A stretch of 64,000 nucleotides of DNA from an uncultured Actinomycetes bacterium (GTDB lineage Bacteria; Actinomycetota; UBA4738; HRBIN12), in the NCBI GenBank assembly GCA_963704885.1, contig CAVPIB010000004.1, forward strand, positions 1,024,001-1,088,000, read 5' to 3'. Below the pieces are notes generated by a model. It worked only from the letters and a program-made list of their open reading frames with translations. It had not been told where the DNA came from and searched no databases. Below, piece by piece: positions 19,199 to 29,257 of the stretch (its first letter is position 1; every line of letters starts with the position of its first letter). A program made the position numbers and the translations under genes.

Positions 19199-20053
19199 CT
19201 ACTCGCAGGCGTCGACGATCTCGCCATCGGTACACGTATCCGTTCCACCGCCGCCGGTGAGGCTGTCACTCCCTCCACCGCCGTCCAAGAGATCATCGCC
19301 GTCACCCGAGGTCGGCAACTCCATATCACCGTAGATCTCGTCGTTGCCGTCCTCGCCGAAGAGCCGGTCGTCGCCTAGCTCGCCGAAGATCAGATCGGCG
19401 CCATCACCGCCGCGGATCAGATCCGCCCCGTCCTTCGTGGAGTCGTACTTGTCGTTGCCGTCTAGCCGATCCTTCCCGGCGCCGCCCAAGATCGTGTCGG
19501 AGCCCGGTCCCCCGGCCAGCACATCGTTGCCATCGCCACCGACCAGCCGGTCCCGGCCCGCTTCGCCGGACAGATCGTCAGCCTGGGGGCTGCCAACCAG
19601 GAGATCGTCGCCCGCTCCTCCGTTCTGGACGCCGCCACCGTTCGCACCCGGCAGGCCCGGTCCGCTGTAGAGACGATCGTTGCCGGTGCCGCCCTCCAGG
19701 TGGTCGGCCCCGTCGCGACCGTAGAGAAGGTCGTTGCCGTGATCGCCGGTGATCAGGTCGGGGTCGGGTCCACCGTCGATCATGTCGTCCCCGCCGCCAC
19801 CGTGGATCACGTCCGTGCCGCTCCCGCCGCAGATCCGATCGTTGCCCCCTCCGCCGGAGATGAGGTCCTGGTTCCCGAAGCCCACGATGACGTCTGCGTG
19901 AGGTGTGCCGTAGATCGCGTCGACGTGGCTGCTGCCCACGATCGTCGCCGGCCGGCCGAAACAGGTGGGCTGCGCGAACGCGGGCGACGCCGTCAGCGCC
20001 CCGACGAGCGCGACGGCGGATGCCGCCCCAGTAAGGACCCACCCACGTCTCAC
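19199..20053 (-). CDS. Secreted hemolysin-type (RTX) calcium-binding repeat protein
   Basis: Signal peptide ending AFA, TCFGRPATIVG, then many GGxGxDxLx nonapeptides, ending DTC..GE...CE. Start GTG 20053. Confidence 0.85.
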   Translation of the reverse strand: MRRGWVLTGAASAVALVGALTASPAFAQPTCFGRPATIVGSSHVDAIYGTPHADVIVGFGNQDLISGGGGNDRICGGSGTDVIHGGGGDDMIDGGPDPDLITGDHGNDLLYGRDGADHLEGGTGNDRLYSGPGLPGANGGGVQNGGAGDDLLVGSPQADDLSGEAGRDRLVGGDGNDVLAGGPGSDTILGGAGKDRLDGNDKYDSTKDGADLIRGGDGADLIFGELGDDRLFGEDGNDEIYGDMELPTSGDGDDLLDGGGGSDSLTGGGGTDTCTDGEIVDACE

Positions 20054-20152
20054 GGCATAGGTGTCGGCAGGAACGGTGCGAGCTCTTGAACGAAGATCAC
20101 CTCGGTCGCAGCATCGAGCGCCCCGACCGACGGGCGCGGGCATACTAGCTCC

Positions 20153-20584
20153 GTGATCGGTCCACTCCGCGTGACACGCTCGGTGGTCGTGCCCGAGGGG
20201 GAGTTGAGATGGCGGTTCAGCCGGTCGTCGGGCCCCGGCGGTCAGTCGGTCAACACCGCCGACTCGCGCGTCGAGCTCAGTCTCGACGTCGCCAAGACGA
20301 CGGCGTTGGGTCCTGTACAGCGAGCCCGCGTTCTCGAGCGCCTGGCCGGCCGGCTGGTGGACGGGGTCCTCACCATCACGGCCTCGGAGCACCGATCGCA
20401 ACTGCAGAACCGCGAAGCCGCGCTCGAGCGGCTCGCCGCGATACTCGCGAAGGCGCTCGCACCTCCGCCACCGCGCCGGCGTCCGACGAAGGCGAGCCGT
20501 GCAGCCGTGGAACGCCGCCTGGCGGCCAAGAAGCAACGGGCGAAGACCAAGGAGCTCCGTCGCGCAGGCAACGACGACGACTAG
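20153..20584 (+). CDS. arfB: Alternative ribosome rescue peptidyl-tRNA hydrolase ArfB
   Basis: RSSGPGGQSVN (GGQ), RSQLQNR, basic tail RRPTKAS...RRLAAKKQRAKTKELR. Confidence 0.95.
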   Translation: MIGPLRVTRSVVVPEGELRWRFSRSSGPGGQSVNTADSRVELSLDVAKTTALGPVQRARVLERLAGRLVDGVLTITASEHRSQLQNREAALERLAAILAKALAPPPPRRRPTKASRAAVERRLAAKKQRAKTKELRRAGNDDD

Positions 20585-20586
20585 GT

Positions 20587-22056
20587 TCAGACCGTGGGGT
20601 GGGCCTCGACGTAGCCCGGCGGTGGCGTCTCGCCCGGTGCGGGCTCGTGCACGAGCCCAGGCCCCGACTCCGCACGAAGCCCTTCCATCTCGAGCTCGCC
20701 GGAAGCCAACAGAGAGAGCATGTCGATGTCCAGCTCTCGTGCGTCGACCGTTCGCCGCACGGTCCACCGGTAGTCGGCGTCGCGGATCCTCTCACTGAGA
20801 TCTCGCTCTTCCGGCTCACACGAGCTCCCGGTGGCATCGAGGATCATCTTGAGCGTGGGATGGGCGAGAAGCCGTTCGTGGTTACGGACGACCACTCCCA
20901 CCTCGCCGGTGGAGAGCTCGGCCAGCGTGCCGATCGGGTAGAGACCCATCATCCGTACGAATGCGCGAACGACGCGAGGGTCGAACCCTTTGCCGGCGCC
21001 GGCCTGGAGCAGTGACAACGCTTGCCGCCGCTCCTCGGGCTGGCGGTAGGGCCTCGCGCTGGTGACGGCGTCGAAGCAATCCGCGACCGCCACGATCCGC
21101 GAGAGCAAGGTCGGCTGACGATTGCCTCGCAGAGAGGGATACCCGGAGGCGTCGTACGCCGCGTGATGCTCCAACACCACGGTGGCCGCCGGGTGATACA
21201 GGTCCCGGCTCGTCTGCAGGATCAAACCGGTTCCGTCGACCGGATGGTGCTGCACGATCCGCCACTGTTCCTCGTCCAGCGGTCCCGCCTGTTGCAGGAT
21301 CTGCCGCGGTACCTTGACCTTGCCGACGTCGTGCAGGAGCGCGCCGATCCCGAGGTTGATCACCTGCACTCGGTCCAGGCCGATCGCGTGCCCGAGTGCC
21401 AAGGACAGGACGCAGACGTTGATCATGTGGTGGTACGTGTATTCGTCGTGGGACTTCACGGTCGTCAGCAGGAGCGCCTGCGCGGGGTCCGCCGCGACGT
21501 GGTCTGCGAAACGTTCGGTGATCTGCCGGGTCTCGTCCATGTTGCCCGGTTGACCCGCCAGCAGGCGAGAGGCGGTCTCACGGAGGAACTCGAGCCCCAT
21601 CGCGTAGCTGCCCAGCAGCTCGGTCATCTCGGTTCCCCCGACGCCGGGGCTCTCCCCTCCGGAGTCGTTGATCGCCAGATGCACCAGCTCGTCCTCCGAG
21701 TACGGCTCGCCGATCAATGCGCGCACGAAGGCGTCCAGATCCTGATCTCCGACCGTCCGTGGCAGCTCGAACGACTCGATCCCGGCGCGCTCGAACGCTG
21801 ATGCCAACCGGAGCAGCGTGAGCGACTCCCAGGCGAGCATCGTTCGGCCCAGATAGAAGCGATGACGCGAGCGGAACAGGACCGGGACGGAGCTGGCGGC
21901 TCCACGCAGCAGGTCGGCCGCCTGGGCGAGTCCGGCCGCGTGTGCCCGCCTATCCGGGTGGCCAACCGGGTAAAGGCCGTACATCTGAGTGGCCGACGAG
22001 AGCGCACGTAGGAACCCTCCGGCGCGGTCGATCGCGATGGGCGACGCCGATCTCAT
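20587..22056 (-). CDS. HD-GYP domain cyclic-dinucleotide phosphodiesterase
   Basis: DEYTYHHMINV, LLHDVGK, HHPVDG, EHH, SGYP, ADCFDAVTSARPYR. Confidence 0.88.
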   Translation of the reverse strand: MRSASPIAIDRAGGFLRALSSATQMYGLYPVGHPDRRAHAAGLAQAADLLRGAASSVPVLFRSRHRFYLGRTMLAWESLTLLRLASAFERAGIESFELPRTVGDQDLDAFVRALIGEPYSEDELVHLAINDSGGESPGVGGTEMTELLGSYAMGLEFLRETASRLLAGQPGNMDETRQITERFADHVAADPAQALLLTTVKSHDEYTYHHMINVCVLSLALGHAIGLDRVQVINLGIGALLHDVGKVKVPRQILQQAGPLDEEQWRIVQHHPVDGTGLILQTSRDLYHPAATVVLEHHAAYDASGYPSLRGNRQPTLLSRIVAVADCFDAVTSARPYRQPEERRQALSLLQAGAGKGFDPRVVRAFVRMMGLYPIGTLAELSTGEVGVVVRNHERLLAHPTLKMILDATGSSCEPEERDLSERIRDADYRWTVRRTVDARELDIDMLSLLASGELEMEGLRAESGPGLVHEPAPGETPPPGYVEAHPTV

Positions 22057-23990
22057 CGCTCACCTCCCGGGTTCGTTCCGCGGACCAACGCTTGCGCTCG
22101 CTTGCGTAGGGAGCGCGGGAGGCGCGGCCGCGAGCGCCTGCGTCGGGAGAACGATGCCAGCGCGGTCGCGGCCTCCGGGGAAGCGTGGACGGCGAGCGCG
22201 TCCAACGCCGCACGTCGGGTCTTCAGGTCGCCGGATCTGGTTACGACGCCGGCGAGTGCCTCCGCCGATCCGACGCCTGCGATCCCACGCAGCGCCTCGA
22301 TCGCCAAGAGCCGCACGGACGCGTCGGGCCCGGCGGCCAGCGCACCGAGGTAGGGAGCGGCGGCTTCACCACCCGCGGCGAGTCCGAAGACGGCCTCCCG
22401 GCGCACCGCTCCGGCCGCGTGTTTGGCGGCCTCGGCCATCAGATCCAACGACCGGGGATGACGCGAGTAGCGGAGCACGTTGACGGCGTTCCGCACTACG
22501 TACCACCTGTCGTCGTCCAGTCGACGTACCACGGGCTCGGATCGACCAGGCGCCAGCTGACGGAGGACGGCCAGGAGCGCAGCTCGGCGGCCGCGGTCTT
22601 CCTCATCGGCCAGCTCTGCGAACAACACGTCGACGGCCGTCTCCCCGAACGGGGAGAGCAGCAGGAAGGGCGTAGGTTCGTCTTCGGGCGGCTCATGATC
22701 GACGATCTCGGCCACCACGTGGCGGTCGATCGCGAGCGGTGCGAACGCATCGATGAACGAACGTCCGTCGCGTGGATCACGGGACGCCTCCACGGTGGAC
22801 ACGAGCTCCAGCACTCGGAGGTGGTCACGGCGCACTAGCGCCTCGCGCGTGGAACGTGCCCACACGTCCGCGACCAGTTCGAACTGTATCGGATCGTTCT
22901 CTAGCTCCAGGTAGTCCTGCAGCGTGGCCAGGCCCAGGGCGTTGCCCTGTCGTTCACCCGCCGTCGAGAGCTCGAGCAGGGCTCGCGTATCGGTGGGTTC
23001 GGACGCGAGGAGATGTTCAGCGAGCGCGTCGGCGACCGCCGTCCCAGGCCCGTCGACCGGACTGCCGATCTGCTCGAGGCCGGCGAGGATCGTGCTTCCA
23101 TCCTCGAACCCAGCCTCAAGCGCTGCGGTGAAGTCCACGATGTCGGGCATGCGGACACCCGAATCAGCCAGCCGCTGCGCCCTGGCCAGCGGCTCGCCCT
23201 CGTTCCCCCCCAGGCTCACGATGGCCCGGCTCAGCTCCGCGTTGCTGAGCGAGCCGATCAGCCTTTCCGCGAGCGGATCGGCTGCGCCCTGTTCGACGAG
23301 CTTGCCTATGACCGAGCGCCGCAGCTCCTCGGGAAGCACCACCAGCGCGCCGCACAGATCCGAGTAGATGTCCGCATCCGTCGTGACAGGGACGGCGCCA
23401 CTCGAGAGTGTTCCGCGGAACCGCGCTAGGACGGCCTCGGCCTGATCGTCGATCGAACCCGACAAGCCTTCGGTGAGCGAGGCCGCACTGGTCGGATCCG
23501 GCAGGTCGACCAGGGGATCGAACCCCTCCACTGCGACTGGACCACGGCCGCCCGGGTATCGCGTCGGCCCGAGACGCAACAGGGCGAGCGACGTGACGCC
23601 GGAAAGACGCGACTCCAGGCCGCCCGTCCGATCGAGCTCCTCGATCGGAGCAGTCAGCGCGGCGAACAGGGTATTCAGATCCGAGACCGACGGGACGCTC
23701 ATCATCCTCAGGGATTCGGCGCGTCGTTCGAAGCAAACGCGTGCCAAGCGAACCAGCGGCGTCTCGGCGGGAAGCTCCAGGTCCGGGGCGGAGAACCCCT
23801 TGGCCGAGATCTCGATGTCGGGGGGGTCGGCCAGCAGGACCGAGCGGGCCGCTTCCTGGATCAGGCCGGCCGTGGTCACGAACCCCGATCGCTCTGGGTC
23901 ATCCGGATACAGCCGATAGGTCGCCAGCCCGAACCAGAGCTGCCGAAGGAAGCCCGCGACCGCGCGGCTGCGCTCGTTAGCCGTTGCCAT
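22053..23990 (-). CDS. HEAT-repeat protein coupled to the HD-GYP gene
   Basis: C-terminal HEAT repeats LDDDRWYVVRNAV, AVRREAV, SVRLLAIEAL; N-terminal YRLYP.DP motif like the HD-GYP N-terminus (YGLYPVGHP); ATGA overlap. Confidence 0.75.
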   Translation of the reverse strand: MATANERSRAVAGFLRQLWFGLATYRLYPDDPERSGFVTTAGLIQEAARSVLLADPPDIEISAKGFSAPDLELPAETPLVRLARVCFERRAESLRMMSVPSVSDLNTLFAALTAPIEELDRTGGLESRLSGVTSLALLRLGPTRYPGGRGPVAVEGFDPLVDLPDPTSAASLTEGLSGSIDDQAEAVLARFRGTLSSGAVPVTTDADIYSDLCGALVVLPEELRRSVIGKLVEQGAADPLAERLIGSLSNAELSRAIVSLGGNEGEPLARAQRLADSGVRMPDIVDFTAALEAGFEDGSTILAGLEQIGSPVDGPGTAVADALAEHLLASEPTDTRALLELSTAGERQGNALGLATLQDYLELENDPIQFELVADVWARSTREALVRRDHLRVLELVSTVEASRDPRDGRSFIDAFAPLAIDRHVVAEIVDHEPPEDEPTPFLLLSPFGETAVDVLFAELADEEDRGRRAALLAVLRQLAPGRSEPVVRRLDDDRWYVVRNAVNVLRYSRHPRSLDLMAEAAKHAAGAVRREAVFGLAAGGEAAAPYLGALAAGPDASVRLLAIEALRGIAGVGSAEALAGVVTRSGDLKTRRAALDALAVHASPEAATALASFSRRRRSRPRLPRSLRKRAQALVRGTNPGGER

Positions 23991-24112
23991 AGATGCCCGC
24001 TCTTCCCGTTCGACGTTCATAAGTCCTATCGGCCGGGTTCGCACGGGCATGAAATCCGGACGGCCGAGGCTCTTGAACCACCCTTGGAGCCGGAGCGCCT
24101 ACCATTCGCGCC

Positions 24113-25285
24113 GTGGACGACCGGATCGTGACCCTGCTGAGCACCGCGCCTCTGATCGACGGGCACAACGACCTGTTGTGGGCGGTACGGGAAGCTCGTG
24201 AGAAGGACGGCACCGAGCTCGACGTGGCCCAACGCACGCCTCAGCTCCAGACGGACCTGCCGCGCTTGGGCGAAGGCGGCGTGGGCGGGCAGTTCTGGTC
24301 GGTGTATGTGCCCTCGCACCTGCCACCCGACGAGGCGGTGACGAAGACGCTCGAGCAGATCGATGCTCTCTTCGAGCTCGTCCAGCGCCACCCCACGCGC
24401 CTGGAGCTCGCGCGGACGGCCGATGACGTCGAGCGGATCGCAGGTGCCGGCCGGATCGCGTCGATGATCGGCGTCGAGGGCGGGCACTCGATAGGTGGCT
24501 CGCTCGGCACGCTCCGGATCCTCGCGCGACTGGGCGCCGGCTACATGACGCTCACGCACAACGACGACACGGCCTGGGCGGACTCTGCCACGGGCGAACA
24601 CCCACACGGCGGCCTCACCACGTTCGGCGAAGAGGTGGTCCGAGAGCTGAACCGGTGCGGCGTGCTCGTGGACCTCAGTCACGTGTCCGACGACACCATG
24701 CGTCAAGCGATCGGGGTGAGCGAGGCGCCGGTGATCTTCTCCCACTCGTCGGCCCGGGCGCTGTGCGACGTGACGCGCAACGTTCCCGACGACGTGCTCG
24801 AGCTGATCGGCAAGGCCGGGGGCGTGGTGATGGTCGCATTCGTGCCCGTGTTCGTCGCGCCCGAGGGCGCCGAGGCGAACCGGGCATCCTGGGTGAAGGC
24901 GCGCGAGCTCCGCGCCCAGCACGGGGAGGATCAAGAGGCGCTCGCCGCAGCGATGGAGGAATGGTGGACCTCACTCGAAGCGGTGCCGGCGACCGTGGTC
25001 CAGGTGGCGAACCACGTCGACCACGTGCGCGCCGTCGCCGGGATCGACCACATCGGCGTCGGCGGAGACTACGACGGCGCGGGAACGATGCCCGAGGGAC
25101 TTGAGGACGTGTCGGGCTACCCGGCCCTGTTCGACGAGCTGGCAGGACGTGGCTACACCGACGAGGAACTCCAGAAGATCGCCGGACGGAACGTGCTCCG
25201 CGTGATGCGCGAGGCCGAGCAGGTCGCCGAGCGACTGAGACGTGAACGTCCACCATCGATGGCGACGATCGAGACGACGGACTGA
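24113..25285 (+). CDS. Membrane dipeptidase (peptidase M19)
   Basis: IDGHNDL, GGQFWSVY, GVEGGHSI, MTLTHN, DLSHVS, FSHSSA, GGDYDG. Confidence 0.93.
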   Translation: MDDRIVTLLSTAPLIDGHNDLLWAVREAREKDGTELDVAQRTPQLQTDLPRLGEGGVGGQFWSVYVPSHLPPDEAVTKTLEQIDALFELVQRHPTRLELARTADDVERIAGAGRIASMIGVEGGHSIGGSLGTLRILARLGAGYMTLTHNDDTAWADSATGEHPHGGLTTFGEEVVRELNRCGVLVDLSHVSDDTMRQAIGVSEAPVIFSHSSARALCDVTRNVPDDVLELIGKAGGVVMVAFVPVFVAPEGAEANRASWVKARELRAQHGEDQEALAAAMEEWWTSLEAVPATVVQVANHVDHVRAVAGIDHIGVGGDYDGAGTMPEGLEDVSGYPALFDELAGRGYTDEELQKIAGRNVLRVMREAEQVAERLRRERPPSMATIETTD

Positions 25286-25365
25286 GACGGCCGCACGGGC
25301 GCGCTTTGACCGGTCCCAACACGGGGGCATAGGCTCGCCGGAACGCTCTAGGGAAGGCGTTCTGC

Positions 25366-26175
25366 ATGCTGGGTCCATCCACGCTCAGCGGTCTGGCCGA
25401 GGAGTTCGAGCGGCTGGCGCCGCTCGTCGATCGCGACGTGGCCCGTCCGGCGAAGTGGCGCGGTCCGATCCGGCGGGAGTACGAGCGTGGGTGGCAAAGC
25501 CCCGACGAGCGCGCAGCGCTGGCATCCGCGTTCGATCGATGGATACGCGCCCCGGCTGACGGGTCGCCGATCTCACCAGGGATCCTCATGATGATGCATC
25601 GAACCCTGACGGGTGACGAGACCGGGTACCGCTCGGGGCTCGTCCGCGTGGGCTCGCGCGCACTCCCACCCGAGACCGTCCCGCGCGCTCGCGATGTTCC
25701 AGGTCTCGTCGAGGCATCGCTAGCACGCGCTGCCGGCGGCTTCGAGCCGCTCCCGCTGGTCGCGGCGCGGCTGCATCTCGAGTTGTTGTTGATACATCCG
25801 TTCTCCGATGGCAACGGGCGCGCCGCCCGTCTGGCGGCCTCACACGTGCTCGCGCGGGCCGGCTACCGCTCAACGTTGATCACCGCCGTCGAGCAGCACT
25901 CCCGCGCAGACCCCGAGGCCTACGCCCTCGCGTTCGGAGCGCTCCGAGCGGGCGACTTCGTCGATCACGACGGCTGGCTGGAGGTCGCGCTTCGCGCCGC
26001 CGTCGGTCGCGTCACGTTCGCCTGCTGGTGGAAGGCGGAAGGGGAGCCGGAGCTCGCGGACGCGGGACAGCTGCGACGGTGGCGGCGACGGCATCCGCGA
26101 AACGCCGAGGAGCTGGATCGACAGATCCGCCGGCTGAAGACCGAGGAAGCGGACGTGGTGGCGATGTCCGCTTGA
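25366..26175 (+). CDS. Fic/DOC family protein
   Basis: Canonical motif HPFSDGNGRAAR. Confidence 0.85.
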   Translation: MLGPSTLSGLAEEFERLAPLVDRDVARPAKWRGPIRREYERGWQSPDERAALASAFDRWIRAPADGSPISPGILMMMHRTLTGDETGYRSGLVRVGSRALPPETVPRARDVPGLVEASLARAAGGFEPLPLVAARLHLELLLIHPFSDGNGRAARLAASHVLARAGYRSTLITAVEQHSRADPEAYALAFGALRAGDFVDHDGWLEVALRAAVGRVTFACWWKAEGEPELADAGQLRRWRRRHPRNAEELDRQIRRLKTEEADVVAMSA

Positions 26176-26753
26176 ACCCGAGGAAGATCTGGGGCGTCCT
26201 GCTCATCGCGGGAGGTCTCATCTTGGGCATCATCGCGGTCGCGGAGATGCTCGGGCGCGGCGACACGGGCGCAGACGCGCAGGGCGTACCGTCTGTATCG
26301 TCGACTGGTTCACTCTCGCCGTCGCCCTCCCCGACATCGTCGCCTTCGCCGAGCGAGAGCCCGTCGCCGAGCCCTTCCGTCCGGCCGGCGGAGACGGCCG
26401 AGGAGTTCTTCGCACGCTTCTCTGCGGCGCTTCGGTCGGGCAAGATCGCGTTCCAGCTCGCCAGGATGCATCCGTTCGTGCTCGATCGCTATGCCGAGAC
26501 GGACTGCCGCGCCTACTTCGGTGGACTCGAACTCCCCGACTACGCCGTGGAGGTGCTGGAGACCGGAAAGGCCATGGAGTTCGTATGGGAGACCGATGAT
26601 CAGCGACGCACCATCCCGAGGGCTGTGACGATCCGCGTCCGGTTGACCGAGGATGGCGATACCTTCGTCGAGACAGACACGCACCTGGTTCTCCGCGATG
26701 GCAAGTACCTCTTCCTGAGCGACTGTGGATCGCCGAAGGAGGGCGCCCGATGA
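26172..26753 (+). CDS. Hypothetical membrane-anchored protein with Ser/Pro linker
   Basis: TTG overlapping the Fic stop; N-terminal TM, SPSPSP linker, ~110-aa domain with two Cys. Confidence 0.65.
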   Translation: MNPRKIWGVLLIAGGLILGIIAVAEMLGRGDTGADAQGVPSVSSTGSLSPSPSPTSSPSPSESPSPSPSVRPAETAEEFFARFSAALRSGKIAFQLARMHPFVLDRYAETDCRAYFGGLELPDYAVEVLETGKAMEFVWETDDQRRTIPRAVTIRVRLTEDGDTFVETDTHLVLRDGKYLFLSDCGSPKEGAR

Positions 26754-29257
26754 TCTTCCGACGGAACGTGATCAGGCTCGTACTGCTCGTGCTCACCGGG
26801 GTATCGGCCCTCCCCGCACAGACCGCCGCCGCCCAGACGCCGGTCGATCTGGTGGAGCAGCTGGTCGCGAAGCTCACGACGGCCGCAGGCACCGGCGAGG
26901 ACGTGTTCGCGTGGGACGAACTCCCGCAGACGAGCCAGGCGACCGACGAAACGGACGACCTGTTCGTGGTCGAGGGTGGAACCCCCTCGTACAGACCGCC
27001 TTCTGCAGATCTGGTGCAGGAGAGCCAGTTCGGAACGACGTTCTCGGATCAAGCGTTCCGTGAGCTGTTCGGTAAGGACGGAGCGCTCGACTGTGAGGCG
27101 GCGACCGTCTCCTGTGCCTCCTACGGCTCCCGAGCGAACCGGTTCGCAGACGGTGCGATCGTCGTCGGCTTCCAACTCGCGGGCACGGCGGAGGTCTCGG
27201 GCACCGAGGCTCTGACGATCGCTGTGCTCGCGAACGACGACGATTTCCCTACCTTCCAGGACCCTCGGCCCGCGTCGCCTTTCGTAGACACGAACAAGGC
27301 TTGGCGGCTGGATCTGTCCGCGAACGGGGACACCGTGTCGTACCTCCAGGTAACTGGCGGTCCGTTCCAGGAGTTCCGCACAGACGCACGCGTGCTGCTC
27401 ACGGGAGAGATGGGATGGTTCTTCATCCCGCCGTCGGAGTTCCCGCTCGCGAGCACGATCACCGGCTTCGACGTGCACAGCTTCGCGGTGCCGGGTCCGG
27501 ACGCACCCGCCAAGCAGCAGGCGGCCGACACGGTCGGAAGCGTCGCCCCACGCACGCTGTCCGTGCCGGTCGGCCCGACGGCGCTGATGCTCTTCGCGCC
27601 GGTGACGGTCGCCTCTCCTACGACGTCGCCCTCCCAGTCCGCATCGCCGGTCCCAGATTCCGGGGATGGCCAGGCCGCCTCCGACTCGAGCCCCAACCTG
27701 GCCCTCCTGATGGGGTTGGTGTTCTTGGCCGCCGTGATGATCTACCTGGGCGCCGCGCTCCTGATCGGCTCCTGGCCGTTCCCAAGGAAGGAGGAGCCGA
27801 CCCCGCTGCCGCCCACCGTCGTGAAGGAGAAGCGCACACGTCGCGTCCAGCGGCGGGTGGAGCACACCGGCACGGAGACCATCATCGAAACGATGGAGGA
27901 GGAGTACGAGGTCGAGGTCCCGGTCGTGGTGAGACCCCCTGAGGAGCCGAAGGAGGTCTCGCCTCCCGAACCCCCCGAACAGCTCGAGCATCCTCCGGGC
28001 GCCGATGTCTCCGACATCCTCGAAGCCACTCCAGGTCCCGGATCGCTCGCGGGGATCGGGGCCGGCGTGGCCATCGCCGAAGGCATGCCACCGGAGACCC
28101 CGTGCCTCGAGGAATACCGGCGATGGAAGGCCGCCGAAGGGTTGTGCACCTCGGCCCAGCAGGCGGCGGAGCTGGCGGAGACCGCGGCCGAAGAGGCGCG
28201 TGTCGAGCTCGAGCATCTGAGGTCGGAGTTCCCGCCGCTTGGGTTCGATCAGAGCGACGAACCCGTGATCGTGATGGACGACGGAAGCCGTATGAGCGAA
28301 CTCGACGCGGGGCTGCTGGGTTGGGATCGCGCGAACAGGCCGCAGCCCCCACGACCGAAGGATCCGCGCGAGCGGCTGGAGCAGACGAAGGAGCAACTCC
28401 GACGCCTCCGCGACGAGCTAGCACGGATGAAGGCGAAGGAAGCCGAGCTGGCCACGAAGCTCGCCGAGGCCGAGGCGGCCGCACGCCAGGCACGCGCCCA
28501 CGCCGATGAGGTGTGCGCGCAGGCGGCAGAAGCGAAGGCCGCCTGGGAGCGGTGCGTCGGGGTCTCCGGCGGGGCGAAGGGCGGCGTCGTCGCTCCACCG
28601 GGCGGAGGCGAGCAACCGAAACCAGATCAGCCGAAGCCCGAGCCACCCAAGCCGGAGCCGCCGAAGAAGCCTGAGACCCCCGAGCCCCCTGAGGCCCCTG
28701 AAACCCCCAAGCCTCCGGCTCCGCGAAAGCCCGAGCCCCCCAAGCCGGCTCCACCCAAGCCCGGGGGCGGAGCAGGCGGCGGCGAGACGCCATCGGGCGG
28801 ATGCAAGGAGGGGGAAACGAGGGAAACGGACGTCACCACGCTCGTGCTCGAGGTGCCACGCCGGGGAGGAAGGGCGACGATCACGATCACGCAAGAGGCT
28901 GGTGGGGCAGTGGAGTTCGAAGGACATCCGGCGCAGGTGTTCCTCGACGCGCGCCAGTGGGCGCAGCCGATCCCCGCGACCATGCGCGGCGGCTCCTCAC
29001 TCTATCGTCTCGACATCACTCTCCAGATGGAGCGCATCAGCGCCAGGTGCTACCGGGTCGAGCGCTGCTTCGGCGGGCGCTGGGTAGCCAGCTCCGGACG
29101 TACCCGGGAAGTGGCGGACCCCGATCCCTTCGAGAAGAAGCTGGTGCATGCCGAGGAGCTAGACGGTGAGGCTCTGCGCCGGGCCCTGAACCGGGCACGG
29201 GGCACGTTCATGACAGCCGATGCATCCAGGGAGAAGCTGGACTCGTTCTGCGAGTGA
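26750..29257 (+). CDS. Large single-pass membrane protein (exported N-domain, coiled coil, Pro-rich repeats, Cys-containing C-domain)
   Basis: 835-aa ORF with ATGA coupling; signal peptide, TM near aa 320-345, coiled coil, PKPEPP repeats. Confidence 0.7.
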   Translation: MIFRRNVIRLVLLVLTGVSALPAQTAAAQTPVDLVEQLVAKLTTAAGTGEDVFAWDELPQTSQATDETDDLFVVEGGTPSYRPPSADLVQESQFGTTFSDQAFRELFGKDGALDCEAATVSCASYGSRANRFADGAIVVGFQLAGTAEVSGTEALTIAVLANDDDFPTFQDPRPASPFVDTNKAWRLDLSANGDTVSYLQVTGGPFQEFRTDARVLLTGEMGWFFIPPSEFPLASTITGFDVHSFAVPGPDAPAKQQAADTVGSVAPRTLSVPVGPTALMLFAPVTVASPTTSPSQSASPVPDSGDGQAASDSSPNLALLMGLVFLAAVMIYLGAALLIGSWPFPRKEEPTPLPPTVVKEKRTRRVQRRVEHTGTETIIETMEEEYEVEVPVVVRPPEEPKEVSPPEPPEQLEHPPGADVSDILEATPGPGSLAGIGAGVAIAEGMPPETPCLEEYRRWKAAEGLCTSAQQAAELAETAAEEARVELEHLRSEFPPLGFDQSDEPVIVMDDGSRMSELDAGLLGWDRANRPQPPRPKDPRERLEQTKEQLRRLRDELARMKAKEAELATKLAEAEAAARQARAHADEVCAQAAEAKAAWERCVGVSGGAKGGVVAPPGGGEQPKPDQPKPEPPKPEPPKKPETPEPPEAPETPKPPAPRKPEPPKPAPPKPGGGAGGGETPSGGCKEGETRETDVTTLVLEVPRRGGRATITITQEAGGAVEFEGHPAQVFLDARQWAQPIPATMRGGSSLYRLDITLQMERISARCYRVERCFGGRWVASSGRTREVADPDPFEKKLVHAEELDGEALRRALNRARGTFMTADASREKLDSFCE

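Noticed and set aside
28610-28770. Repetitive DNA encoding PKPEPP, plus SPSPSP (26315-26380), RTX nonapeptides (19230-19900) and a poly-Gly linker (~49825-49852)
   Set aside because: Explained by low-complexity protein linkers or repeats, not independent DNA repeat elements.
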